In this document: positions 1 to 7,699 of the stretch, in pieces | How the letters are laid out: every line of letters begins with the position of its first letter | Numbering within the stretch: the first letter of the stretch is position 1 | From: Clostridia bacterium | GTDB lineage: Bacteria; Bacillota; Clostridia; Christensenellales; DTU072 | Direction of reading: 5' to 3' | DNA length: 64,000 bases | Assembly: GCA_035381305.1 (NCBI GenBank) | Contig: DAOSYK010000005.1 | Coordinates: 9,534 to 73,533, forward strand | Notes under the pieces: model-generated | What the model saw: the letters and a program-made list of their open reading frames with translations, nothing else | What the model was told of the DNA's origin: nothing | The model's database searches: none | Translations under genes and position numbers: made by a program

Positions 1-1575
1 AAAGAGATAATAACCCGCTTTCCGCCCGAGCCAAACGGCTATCTGCACATCGGGCACGCCAAGAGTTTGTGCATAAATTTCGGGATAAAGCAAAAATATC
101 ATGGCAAATGCAACCTTCGCTTTGACGACACAAACCCCACCAAAGAAGACATAGAGTATGTCGAAAGCATAAAAGAGGACATCAAGTGGCTGGGCTTTGA
201 CTGGGACAGGGAAGGCTACGCCAGCGACTACTTCGAGCAGACCTATCAGTGCGCAATTCAGCTCATAAAAAAAGGTCTCGCCTATGTGTGCGACCTCTCG
301 GCGGAGGAAATTAACCGCACCCGCGGCACGCTGTACGAAGCGGGAAAGGAAAGCCCGTACCGCAACCGCAGCATTGAAGAAAACTTAAAGCTATTCACCG
401 AGATGAGAGAGGGCAAATATGCCGACGGAGAGAAGGTTTTGCGCGCCAAAATCGACATGGCGAGCAGCAATATGAATATGCGCGACCCCGTCATCTACAG
501 GATACTCAAAGTGCCTCATCACCAGACGGGAGACGCCTGGCCTATATACCCCATGTACGACTTCGCGCACCCGATCGGCGACGCGCTGGAAAACATCACG
601 CACTCCATCTGCACGCTGGAATTCGAGGACCACAGACCGCTCTACGACTGGGTTGTAAAGATGTGCGGCTTTGAGAATCCCCCCCACCAGTACGAATTTG
701 CCCGCTTAAATATTAAGAACACCATTATGAGTAAGCGGTACCTCAAAAAACTCGTCGACACCAAAGTCGTCAGCGGCTGGGACGACCCGAGAATGCCCAC
801 ACTTAGCGGCATGAGAAACCGCGGCATACCCCCCGAAGCGGTAAAGATATTCTGCCAGAAGGTAGGCGTCGCCAAAGCCAACAGCGAAGTTGACAGCGCG
901 CTCCTCGACCACTGCGTCAGAGACTACCTTAACCAGACCGCCGACAGGGCGATGGTCGTGGAAAAGCCCCTTAAAGTAGTTATCGACAACTGGGAAGATG
1001 GCATAAGCGAAGACATCGTCTTGGAGAACAACCCCGCCGAGGAAAACGGCGCAACGCACACAATTACCTTTGGAAAAGAGCTGTACATCGAGGAGACCGA
1101 CTTTGCGGCGGTTCCCCCGCCCAAGTACAAGAGACTGACGGTGGGCGGCATGGTGCGTCTTAAGGGCGCATACATCATCCGCTATGCAAGCCATAAAGAG
1201 GAAAACGGCAAGGTCACCGAGGTGCATTGCGAATATATCGAGAATTCCAAGAGCGGCGAGGAAAACGCCCGGATAAAGGTCAAAGGCGTAATCCATTGGG
1301 TAAACGCCGCCGACTGTATACCCGCGGTGCTCTGCAAGTATTCCAGCCTACTTCTCGACGAAACCGACGGCGTAAAAGACTTCGACAAGAGGATAAACCC
1401 CAACTCTCTGGAGACAGTAAACGGCGCAATGGCCGAGCCAAACCTCGCAACTTATGATATTGGAACAAGATTCCAGTTTATGCGGAGCGCATACTACAAA
1501 CTCAACAAAAAAGCCGAAAATTGCCTGGAATTTTACCGTATTGTAGACCTCAAAGACAGCTACAATAAGGACTGA
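1..1575 (+). CDS. glnS: glutaminyl-tRNA synthetase, 5' end outside window
   Basis: Frame 1 is open from base 1: KEIITRFPPEPNGYLHIGHAKS (class I HIGH motif), then LRFDDTNPTKE, later IMSKRYL (KMSKS-type loop). The ORF track reports it only from an internal Met at 67. Stop TGA 1573-1575. Confidence 0.93.
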   Translation, partial: KEIITRFPPEPNGYLHIGHAKSLCINFGIKQKYHGKCNLRFDDTNPTKEDIEYVESIKEDIKWLGFDWDREGYASDYFEQTYQCAIQLIKKGLAYVCDLSAEEINRTRGTLYEAGKESPYRNRSIEENLKLFTEMREGKYADGEKVLRAKIDMASSNMNMRDPVIYRILKVPHHQTGDAWPIYPMYDFAHPIGDALENITHSICTLEFEDHRPLYDWVVKMCGFENPPHQYEFARLNIKNTIMSKRYLKKLVDTKVVSGWDDPRMPTLSGMRNRGIPPEAVKIFCQKVGVAKANSEVDSALLDHCVRDYLNQTADRAMVVEKPLKVVIDNWEDGISEDIVLENNPAEENGATHTITFGKELYIEETDFAAVPPPKYKRLTVGGMVRLKGAYIIRYASHKEENGKVTEVHCEYIENSKSGEENARIKVKGVIHWVNAADCIPAVLCKYSSLLLDETDGVKDFDKRINPNSLETVNGAMAEPNLATYDIGTRFQFMRSAYYKLNKKAENCLEFYRIVDLKDSYNKD

Positions 1576-1650
1576 ATTGGCATATTTTGTCAGAAGTTTG
1601 GGCATAATGGACAAATTTCAAGACAATTTTAAGAAATTGGTAAAAACCTA

Positions 1651-1679
1651 TTGAAAAAAAACCTTTTTACTTATATAAT
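1651..1679 (+). promoter_or_regulatory. sigma-A type promoter upstream of array gene A
   Basis: TTGAAA (1651-1656), 17-nt spacer, TATAAT (1674-1679), 55 nt upstream of ATG 1734. Confidence 0.55.
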
Positions 1680-1733
1680 ATTAAACGTATCGGGTGCGTT
1701 AAAGCTCCCCCCTTTTTGCAAGGAGAACTGATA

Positions 1734-3356
1734 ATGGCCGAAAACAATAAAAAAATGGTTGCTAACGCGGATTTTGAGAAGGAAAAGAACGTCATTTTGG
1801 ATATTGACAACCTTTCCTATATCTGCGATTACTGTGGTAAGGTAAATCAGATGGGAGCGCCCCGTTGTGTCCGTTGCGGCAAAAGACGTCCCCGCAGCGA
1901 GTACATAGACGCGATGAACAAAATCAAGAGCGCCAAATCCATCAAGACCGAGTATCTCGAAGAGCAGTACCAGTTCGAGGAAGAGAAAAAGGAAGCCGCC
2001 CAACAGCAACTTGTCAGGATCGTCGAAAGCAGAGTCGAAGAAGAAAAGAGGAGCATTTACGCCCAGGAAGAGCTGCGCAGAGAGCAGGAGAGAGAGGCTA
2101 TCAAGAAGTCCACGGCAAGAGACGCCGTGCTCCGCATAATCGCCGCCGAAAAAGCCGCCGAAGACAGAGTGAGAGAGGCCGAACAGAGGGCCGAAGACGC
2201 TGTCAAGGGCCGCAACAAAGAGATAGAAGGCATTGTCGAAGAAGAGCGCAAGAAGGTGCTCGAAGCCGCCGCCCAGAAGGTGGTCGCCGCCAGAGCCGGC
2301 ATTGAGGAAGCCGCCAGAGAACAGATAGAGGCCAACAAGAAGATAGCCGATAAGTTCGTAAGAGAGACCCTCGAGACCGAGCGCGACAAGGCCGAGCGCA
2401 GCGCCGCAAGAAGAGCGGTACTTCGCATAATCGCCGCCGAAAAAGCCGCCGATGAGAAGATTAAGACGGCAAAAGACGCGCTCCAGCAGGCAGCTGTCGA
2501 GAGAATAATCGAAGAAAGAACCCTCGCCGACAAGGAAGCCGCCGCAAGGTATCTTGCCGAAAAGCAGGCTATCGAGAGAGCCGCCGACGAGAGAATAAGA
2601 GCCGAAAAGGAAGTGATAAGAAAGCTCCTCGAAGGCAGACAGACCGCTTTTGCGGACGCGGGCGCGGTTCCGACTTATCAGCAGTCCGTAGCGACCGGTA
2701 TGCCGCAACAGAGCTTTGTTCAGCCGCTTACCATCGTGCCTTACGTAAACACCAATCAGCCTTTATATCAGTACAGACCCCATCAGGTCTATAAATTCGT
2801 ACCCAAGCAGACCCAACCTCAGCAGGAAGTGGGCAAAAAGGCAAAGGGCGGAAAAAACGCTCCCGCGCCCGTTCCCGCAGTCAGCGCGGCTCCCGCTGCG
2901 GCTCAGATATCGGCTCCTGCCGTTGAAAAGCCCAAGAGCGGAAGAGCGAGAGGAATGGGAATAATAACCCTTATCCTTGCCGCCGCGGCGCTTGTACTTG
3001 CACTGCTTCCTCAAATTGTTTCGGGATTCCTGCCCGACGCGGGCTTTCCCGAAATTACCGCCATCGTGGGTATAATGGACCTTGAAGGCAACGAAATGCT
3101 CAAGGTTATCGGCTTTACCGTATTTGTCGCGTTCGCGTTCATAACGGTAATTCAGAGCGTAATAAGGGTAATCAGAGGCAAAGCCGCCGCTGCAGGTTTC
3201 ATTATTCCGCTTATCGCCTGCGCAGGTCTCGGACTTAGCATGTATACGCTGGGAGAAGGAGCCCTTGCGATAATGCCCATGGTCATTGCGGGTGTCAGCG
3301 TACTTTTGCTGATATTCAGCATAATTGGCGGCGTGAAGTCAAAAAAAGCCAAATAA
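1734..3356 (+). CDS. array member A: zinc-ribbon / coiled-coil / 4-TM membrane protein, function unknown
   Basis: AGGAG 8 nt before ATG 1734 (the track ORF starts at upstream TTG 1716). CxxC-x10-CxxC zinc ribbon (CDYCGK..CVRCGK, nt 1824-1880). About 230 aa of E/A/K/R-rich coiled coil with an internal duplication. Motif VQPLTIVPYVNTNQPLYQY (2718-2774). P/A-rich linker, then four TM helices ending KSKKAK. Confidence 0.85.
   Translation: MAENNKKMVANADFEKEKNVILDIDNLSYICDYCGKVNQMGAPRCVRCGKRRPRSEYIDAMNKIKSAKSIKTEYLEEQYQFEEEKKEAAQQQLVRIVESRVEEEKRSIYAQEELRREQEREAIKKSTARDAVLRIIAAEKAAEDRVREAEQRAEDAVKGRNKEIEGIVEEERKKVLEAAAQKVVAARAGIEEAAREQIEANKKIADKFVRETLETERDKAERSAARRAVLRIIAAEKAADEKIKTAKDALQQAAVERIIEERTLADKEAAARYLAEKQAIERAADERIRAEKEVIRKLLEGRQTAFADAGAVPTYQQSVATGMPQQSFVQPLTIVPYVNTNQPLYQYRPHQVYKFVPKQTQPQQEVGKKAKGGKNAPAPVPAVSAAPAAAQISAPAVEKPKSGRARGMGIITLILAAAALVLALLPQIVSGFLPDAGFPEITAIVGIMDLEGNEMLKVIGFTVFVAFAFITVIQSVIRVIRGKAAAAGFIIPLIACAGLGLSMYTLGEGALAIMPMVIAGVSVLLLIFSIIGGVKSKKAK
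2133..2452 (+). repeat. direct repeat inside gene A (about 97-aa coiled-coil unit duplicated)
   Basis: The identical 29-mer cgcataatcgccgccgaaaaagccgccga occurs at 2133-2161 and 2424-2452, 291 bp (97 codons) apart. The peptides are AR(D/R)AVLRIIAAEKAA(E/D) in both copies. Confidence 0.9.
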
Positions 3357-3372
3357 CAACCGATTACAAATT

Positions 3373-3399
3373 GTAGCCTTATATTAAGGCTGCTTTTTT
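3373..3399 (+). terminator. rho-independent terminator after gene A
   Basis: gtagcctta / taaggctgc stem (one G-U pair), 3-5 nt loop, followed by TTTTTT (3394-3399). Confidence 0.6.
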
Positions 3400-3425
3400 A
3401 TAAGTTACCGTTTAAGGAGAAATGT

Positions 3426-4289
3426 ATGGCAAAAAAGAACGAAACACCCAATATGCCCGCCAAGAGCATTGACGAGATGACCGACATCGAGTTCATCACC
3501 TCGGCGGACTACCTTGCCAGCCCCTATTACAGGGCATACATAAGCGCAAAATCCAGACTTTCGGATGAAGCGTACCAACCCCTTTCCAAAACTTATGACA
3601 AGCCTGCAACTTCCGCAAAGAGCGCCGCTGCCCGCGACGTTCAGCCCAAAGCAGCTGCAAGGTCGGGCAAAAAGATAAAAGGCGCCGTCTACTCCAAAAA
3701 GCGCGGCGTTGCGCACTTCTTTATCACGTTATTTATGCTGGTAATTATCGCGGTAGCGGTACTCGGCTTTATAGATCTCTCTTACGGGGCGGTTTACGTA
3801 AGACCGGGCGTAACAGAGGATACCGACATCAACTTCTACCTTCTTGACCCCGTTTTCGGCGTAATTAAGAAGTTTGCCGATGTGGACCTCGATAGCTACT
3901 ACTTTGACAGCTTTGTGTCCAACTTGTCGGAAAACACCGAAATTATGGTCAAGGTCGCGCTCTACGCGGTTCCCTCGGCGGCTCTTCTTATCCTTATCTG
4001 CGCCCTTATCGGGTTCTTCAAGGGTATTGTCGCTATGTGCTCAAAGAGGCAGGCTAACGGCATGTACAAAAAGTTCAAGTTAGGATTCCTTAGCTTGGTT
4101 ATGCTTCTCAGCGCGCTTATAATGCTCGTCGGCGGAATCTTCGCCAGCGGCCAGGAAATCACCGTTATTCTTGACTTTATACTCGGCAAGACCAACGCGC
4201 TTTGCGCAGGCTACGGACTTTATGCCCTTGTCGTTCTGCCCATAATCACGTTTATCTTAAGCTGCATAGGCTATAAGAAAGCGAAATAA
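3426..4289 (+). CDS. array member B: 4-TM membrane protein, function unknown
   Basis: AAGGAGA RBS before the ATG. About 95-aa basic/Ala-Ser-rich N-terminus. TM1 HFFITLFMLVIIAVAVLGF. Loop with LDPVFGVIKKF (3840-3860). Three more TM helices, the last beginning GYGLYALVV and ending YKKAK. Confidence 0.85.
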   Translation: MAKKNETPNMPAKSIDEMTDIEFITSADYLASPYYRAYISAKSRLSDEAYQPLSKTYDKPATSAKSAAARDVQPKAAARSGKKIKGAVYSKKRGVAHFFITLFMLVIIAVAVLGFIDLSYGAVYVRPGVTEDTDINFYLLDPVFGVIKKFADVDLDSYYFDSFVSNLSENTEIMVKVALYAVPSAALLILICALIGFFKGIVAMCSKRQANGMYKKFKLGFLSLVMLLSALIMLVGGIFASGQEITVILDFILGKTNALCAGYGLYALVVLPIITFILSCIGYKKAK

Positions 4290-4315
4290 GAAAAAGCATT
4301 TACAAAAACTAAAAA

Positions 4316-4342
4316 AGAGCGGCAAATTACGGCCGCTCTTTT
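4316..4342 (+). terminator. rho-independent terminator after gene B
   Basis: agagcggc (4316-4323) pairs with gccgctct (4332-4339), 8-nt loop, then TTT. Confidence 0.6.
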
Positions 4343-4604
4343 ACGTTTGGTAAAACTTTACTTGGTCGAAAATCGCCCGTTATGGCGGGTTTTATAGTAT
4401 AATTAACATCGTAAAAACAGTTTATTGCAAGGGTAATCGGCGTCAAATTTCGCGAAAAACTTTTTGCTTTATACTATTGTAATTTTTTATATAGTATGAT
4501 AAACTATTTTATATAATAATGGGATTATGGGTTATTCTGCACTTTTGACGGAAAAACGAACGTTTTGAGCGCATATTGTCCCAAAACCCTCACAAGGTGG
4601 TAAA

Positions 4605-5669
4605 ATGGCAAACAACACGTTGGGCGGTTACAATAATTACAATGCCAGGGGATCATACCCCAATTACGGCATGCCCAATCAGCAGCCCGTAAAATCCGCC
4701 GCTCCCGTAAAGAAAAGCAAAAAGGAGCAGAAGCAGGAAGCCAAGAAGCTGCAGTCGAAGGAATACAACAAGGTCATGAGAGCTCGTCAGGAGCGCGCCC
4801 TTGAGAATATCGAGTATCGCAGAAAAGTGGAAGCGATAAACCAAAACTACGGCGGCATGGACAGGGCGATATACAAACTCGCGGCAGATGTCAAACCGAG
4901 AAAAGAAAAAGATTATTTCTTTGTCATGAGGAAAGGCGCCTGCTTTTTTACGTTTTTATTCACCCTTGTGACCATAGCCGTATTTGTCTTAAGCTACCTT
5001 AAACTCGACCTTATCCCCGCAGAATACATATCGATATACATTGAGACCGAGGCTGCCCCCGTTGAAGAGGGGGAAGGCCCCGTTGCAGAAGCGGCAGGAG
5101 AGAACGAAGCTGATGAAGAAGCGGACGAAGAAGAGGAAGAGGCAGGCTCCGATGTCCTTGCGTCCTACTCTGTTCTCGATCCCGTTTTCGGATTTATAAA
5201 GCACCTTACGGGCAAGTTCCTCAACAAGGAAGTCGTTTTGGGCGAAAGCCCCCTCTATGACGCCATGGTGGCAAAGAGCGAAGTTGGCATGGCCGACATG
5301 GTCGCCGGCATTGCGCTGGAGTACTTCCCTGCATTTATCATAATCTACATTATCACGGCGATTATCATGTTCTTCAAAGCGTTTTTCGCCATGTTCGGCA
5401 GAAGGATTTTCAAGTGCTTCGGTCTTGGAAGCTTTATTATGATACTTTGCGGCGGAGTTATGGCGCTTGCGGGTCTTGCGTTTACCACCGAGCCCGGCGC
5501 GGCAATGGCTTACGGCGACATTATCAATATACTTATCGGCGGCATTATGGGTACGGGCGGCTTTACCGCGGGATACGGCCTTCTCGGGCTTATCGTGATA
5601 CCCGTCTTGACGCTTATATTCAGCATGTTTGCCCGCAAAAAAGTGCCTTACAGCATATTTGACAATTAA
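4605..5669 (+). CDS. array member C: 4-TM membrane protein, function unknown
   Basis: AAGGTGG RBS. N-terminus is G/Y/N/P/Q-rich (GGYNNYNARGSYPNYGMPNQQP), then K/E-rich. TM1 is followed by an acidic insert (ENEADEEADEEEEEA) and LDPVFGFIKHL (5175-5195). Three further TMs, the last beginning GYGLLGLIV, tail ARKK. Confidence 0.85.
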   Translation: MANNTLGGYNNYNARGSYPNYGMPNQQPVKSAAPVKKSKKEQKQEAKKLQSKEYNKVMRARQERALENIEYRRKVEAINQNYGGMDRAIYKLAADVKPRKEKDYFFVMRKGACFFTFLFTLVTIAVFVLSYLKLDLIPAEYISIYIETEAAPVEEGEGPVAEAAGENEADEEADEEEEEAGSDVLASYSVLDPVFGFIKHLTGKFLNKEVVLGESPLYDAMVAKSEVGMADMVAGIALEYFPAFIIIYIITAIIMFFKAFFAMFGRRIFKCFGLGSFIMILCGGVMALAGLAFTTEPGAAMAYGDIINILIGGIMGTGGFTAGYGLLGLIVIPVLTLIFSMFARKKVPYSIFDN

Positions 5670-5682
5670 TAAGGAGTGAAAT

Positions 5683-5901
5683 ATGGCAAGAAAGAGCAAA
5701 AAGGATGATTTTTACGAACAGGATATGATGGAGTATTATCCCCAGGGGCCGCAACCGTTCTTCGGGCCTGTTCCGGGCATAATTCCCGTTGCTCCGCCTT
5801 CACATACCATTCAGCTTACTCCCATCATTCAGCCCATTGCGATAGTGCCTTACTCCAATCAGCAGCAGTCTGTCGCTTCGAATGATGACGACGACGAATA
5901 A
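5683..5901 (+). CDS. array member D: 72-aa soluble motif-only protein
   Basis: AAGGAG RBS, 13 nt after the stop of C. No TM segment. Carries IQLTPIIQPIAIVPYSNQQQ (motif core 5827-5868) and an acidic end, NDDDDE. Confidence 0.65.
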   Translation: MARKSKKDDFYEQDMMEYYPQGPQPFFGPVPGIIPVAPPSHTIQLTPIIQPIAIVPYSNQQQSVASNDDDDE

Positions 5902-5917
5902 GAGGAGCAAACGTCTT

Positions 5918-6607
5918 ATGGCAAAACAGCAAATGGTTGACAATGTTAAAACGACGGAAGACGTCCTTGTGCCGGTAAAACCGGCTCAGGACAATTACCG
6001 TATCCCTTTTGTCACCGAGCCGAGCGCATTTATGATGTATGGAGAAAGCGCCCTTCAGGAGTTTAACGCCGAAGTCAAACGCGTCGAGGCGGAACTTCGC
6101 CGAGAGCTTTACAGCCCTGTGGAAGAGGAAGAGGAAAGACCCGCGAGAAAGACAAGCGCATGCGCAGTAATCGCACTTATCACACATCTTCTGGTTATCG
6201 CGCTTCTCATCATCGGACGCTTTGTGACCATCGAAGCTATCCCCGGTTTATTCGGGATAGTCGCCGAAAAGTCGGGACTTGATTATGTCCTTGGCTTTAT
6301 CGACGGACTCGGAAACGGAATAGAAGTAAATCCGCTCATTACCGTAATAGGCGTTGCTATAACCGCGCTGTTCTCGGTAATCGCGTTTTTAACCTCGATA
6401 TTTACAATTAAGAAGCCCACAGGCGTATTTATGAAAGTCTGTCTGTTCCTCAGCTTTGTCGGAGCCGTGCTCACCGCCGTTATGGTGATTGTGCAGGGTC
6501 AGGAAAACGGGATAGGGCTCTATATAGTCATCGGTCTTACGTTTATCGCCGCTCTCGCGGGATTCTGCTCGAGGAGCGCAAAGCGTAAACCCACGGAGGA
6601 TAAGTAA
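5918..6607 (+). CDS. array member E: 4-TM membrane protein, function unknown
   Basis: AGAGGAG RBS, then ATG 5918 (the track ORF starts at 5882 inside the end of D). About 95-aa N-terminal region, then the same 4-TM module (..GIGLYIVIGLTFIAALAGFCSRSAKRK). Confidence 0.8.
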   Translation: MAKQQMVDNVKTTEDVLVPVKPAQDNYRIPFVTEPSAFMMYGESALQEFNAEVKRVEAELRRELYSPVEEEEERPARKTSACAVIALITHLLVIALLIIGRFVTIEAIPGLFGIVAEKSGLDYVLGFIDGLGNGIEVNPLITVIGVAITALFSVIAFLTSIFTIKKPTGVFMKVCLFLSFVGAVLTAVMVIVQGQENGIGLYIVIGLTFIAALAGFCSRSAKRKPTEDK

Positions 6608-7347
6608 TGGCAAGGCTGCACACGCAAAATTCCAACTGGAAAACCGAAGCTCCGATGCCCGGGGCGCCCGTTGTCAACGAGGTTCGCCCCCAGAATGCCG
6701 TCGGAGAAATAAACGTTGTCACCAAGGTAGTCGCCGATTATGACCCCAACAACGTAACCTACGCGAGGACAATCGTTCAGCCGATTGCCATTGTGCCCTA
6801 CAACACGACCGAACAGCCCTTGTGGCAATACCCGTCACAACCTCGATTTGAAAATCCGTCCTATGACGGTTTTGAGGAAGGCGAGGAAGCCCCGCAAATG
6901 GCGAAGAAAGCGGGAAAAGGCGTAAACGGCATAAAGATATTTATGCTTATTCTGAGCCTTCTCTACATCGCGCTTGTCGTGGTCGGAAAGTTTGTCGACC
7001 TTGAGTATCTCAGATTCGACTCCACAAGGTCGGGACTTGACATAATAATGCTTATACTGCCTGCGTTTGAGGCGGAAGAACTGGTCATTATGGACATTCT
7101 GTTCCCCGCGCTGCTCGCGGCAAGCTGTCTGTTTACGGTAATCATTCTTCTCGCTTCCCTTTTCAGCATGAAAAAGGGCGTAGGTATATTCACAAAGATA
7201 ATGGCCATACTCGCATTCCTCACTCTCGGCGGATTCGGATATTTTCTGTTTGACGGAGAGCTTGGATTCGGTTACGGCTTATATGCCGCCGCAGGGCTTG
7301 CCTTGCTCAACCTCGTGCTTGCGCTTGTGGCAAAGAGAAGAAGATAA
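6607..7347 (+). CDS. array member F: motif-bearing 4-TM membrane protein
   Basis: The ATG overlaps the stop of E (TAATG). VQPIAIVPYNTTEQPLWQY (6775-6831), acidic linker, then the 4-TM module ending GYGLYAAAGLALLNLVLALVAKRRR. Confidence 0.85.
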   Translation: MARLHTQNSNWKTEAPMPGAPVVNEVRPQNAVGEINVVTKVVADYDPNNVTYARTIVQPIAIVPYNTTEQPLWQYPSQPRFENPSYDGFEEGEEAPQMAKKAGKGVNGIKIFMLILSLLYIALVVVGKFVDLEYLRFDSTRSGLDIIMLILPAFEAEELVIMDILFPALLAASCLFTVIILLASLFSMKKGVGIFTKIMAILAFLTLGGFGYFLFDGELGFGYGLYAAAGLALLNLVLALVAKRRR

Positions 7348-7359
7348 CAAGGAGTTGTT

Positions 7360-7671
7360 ATGAAGAAGAAAAGAAACGCACCCAACATGAATTTTGCCGA
7401 CGAAAACGTGGGATTTTCCAATCCCATCCCCACGCCCGACGCGCCCGGCATCGTGCTGCCCATCCCCAACGCGACCAGGGTAGTCGATAACGGCTTCGGC
7501 AAAACGGAACTTCCGGCATATATGTGCAGAGACCAGTACGGAAGAGTGTATCAGGTTCCCGTCCATTACGGCGCGCTGCCGGTGAGCGGTCCTGTGCCCA
7601 TTCCCGTGCCTTCTCAGGCTTCTCAGGTTCAGCCTATAGTCATACCCGTTGACGATAACAAAAGAATGTAA
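7360..7671 (+). CDS. array member G: 103-aa soluble Pro-rich protein with degenerate motif
   Basis: AAGGAG RBS. No TM segment. Pro-rich. The C-terminal SQVQPIVIPVDDNKRM (7627-7650) resembles the VQPIAIVPY motif. Confidence 0.6.
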   Translation: MKKKRNAPNMNFADENVGFSNPIPTPDAPGIVLPIPNATRVVDNGFGKTELPAYMCRDQYGRVYQVPVHYGALPVSGPVPIPVPSQASQVQPIVIPVDDNKRM

Positions 7672-7699
7672 AATACAAAATTAATCAGGGAGATCAGTG

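Noticed and set aside
1671-2708. 345-aa minus-strand ORF and other antisense or alternative-frame ORFs (1865-2305, 2057-2533) across gene A.
   Set aside because: The repetitive GAA/GCC-rich coiled-coil coding sequence keeps several frames open. Only the + frame starting at 1734 has an RBS, a zinc ribbon, the family motif and the TM module.
5683-6607. D plus E as a single gene disrupted by a frameshift or stop (pseudogene).
   Set aside because: D ends with a clean TAA. E has its own AGAGGAG RBS, its own ATG and a full-length N-terminal region comparable to B and C. A second motif-only gene (G) shows the same pattern, so independent small genes are more likely. Still flagged for checking.
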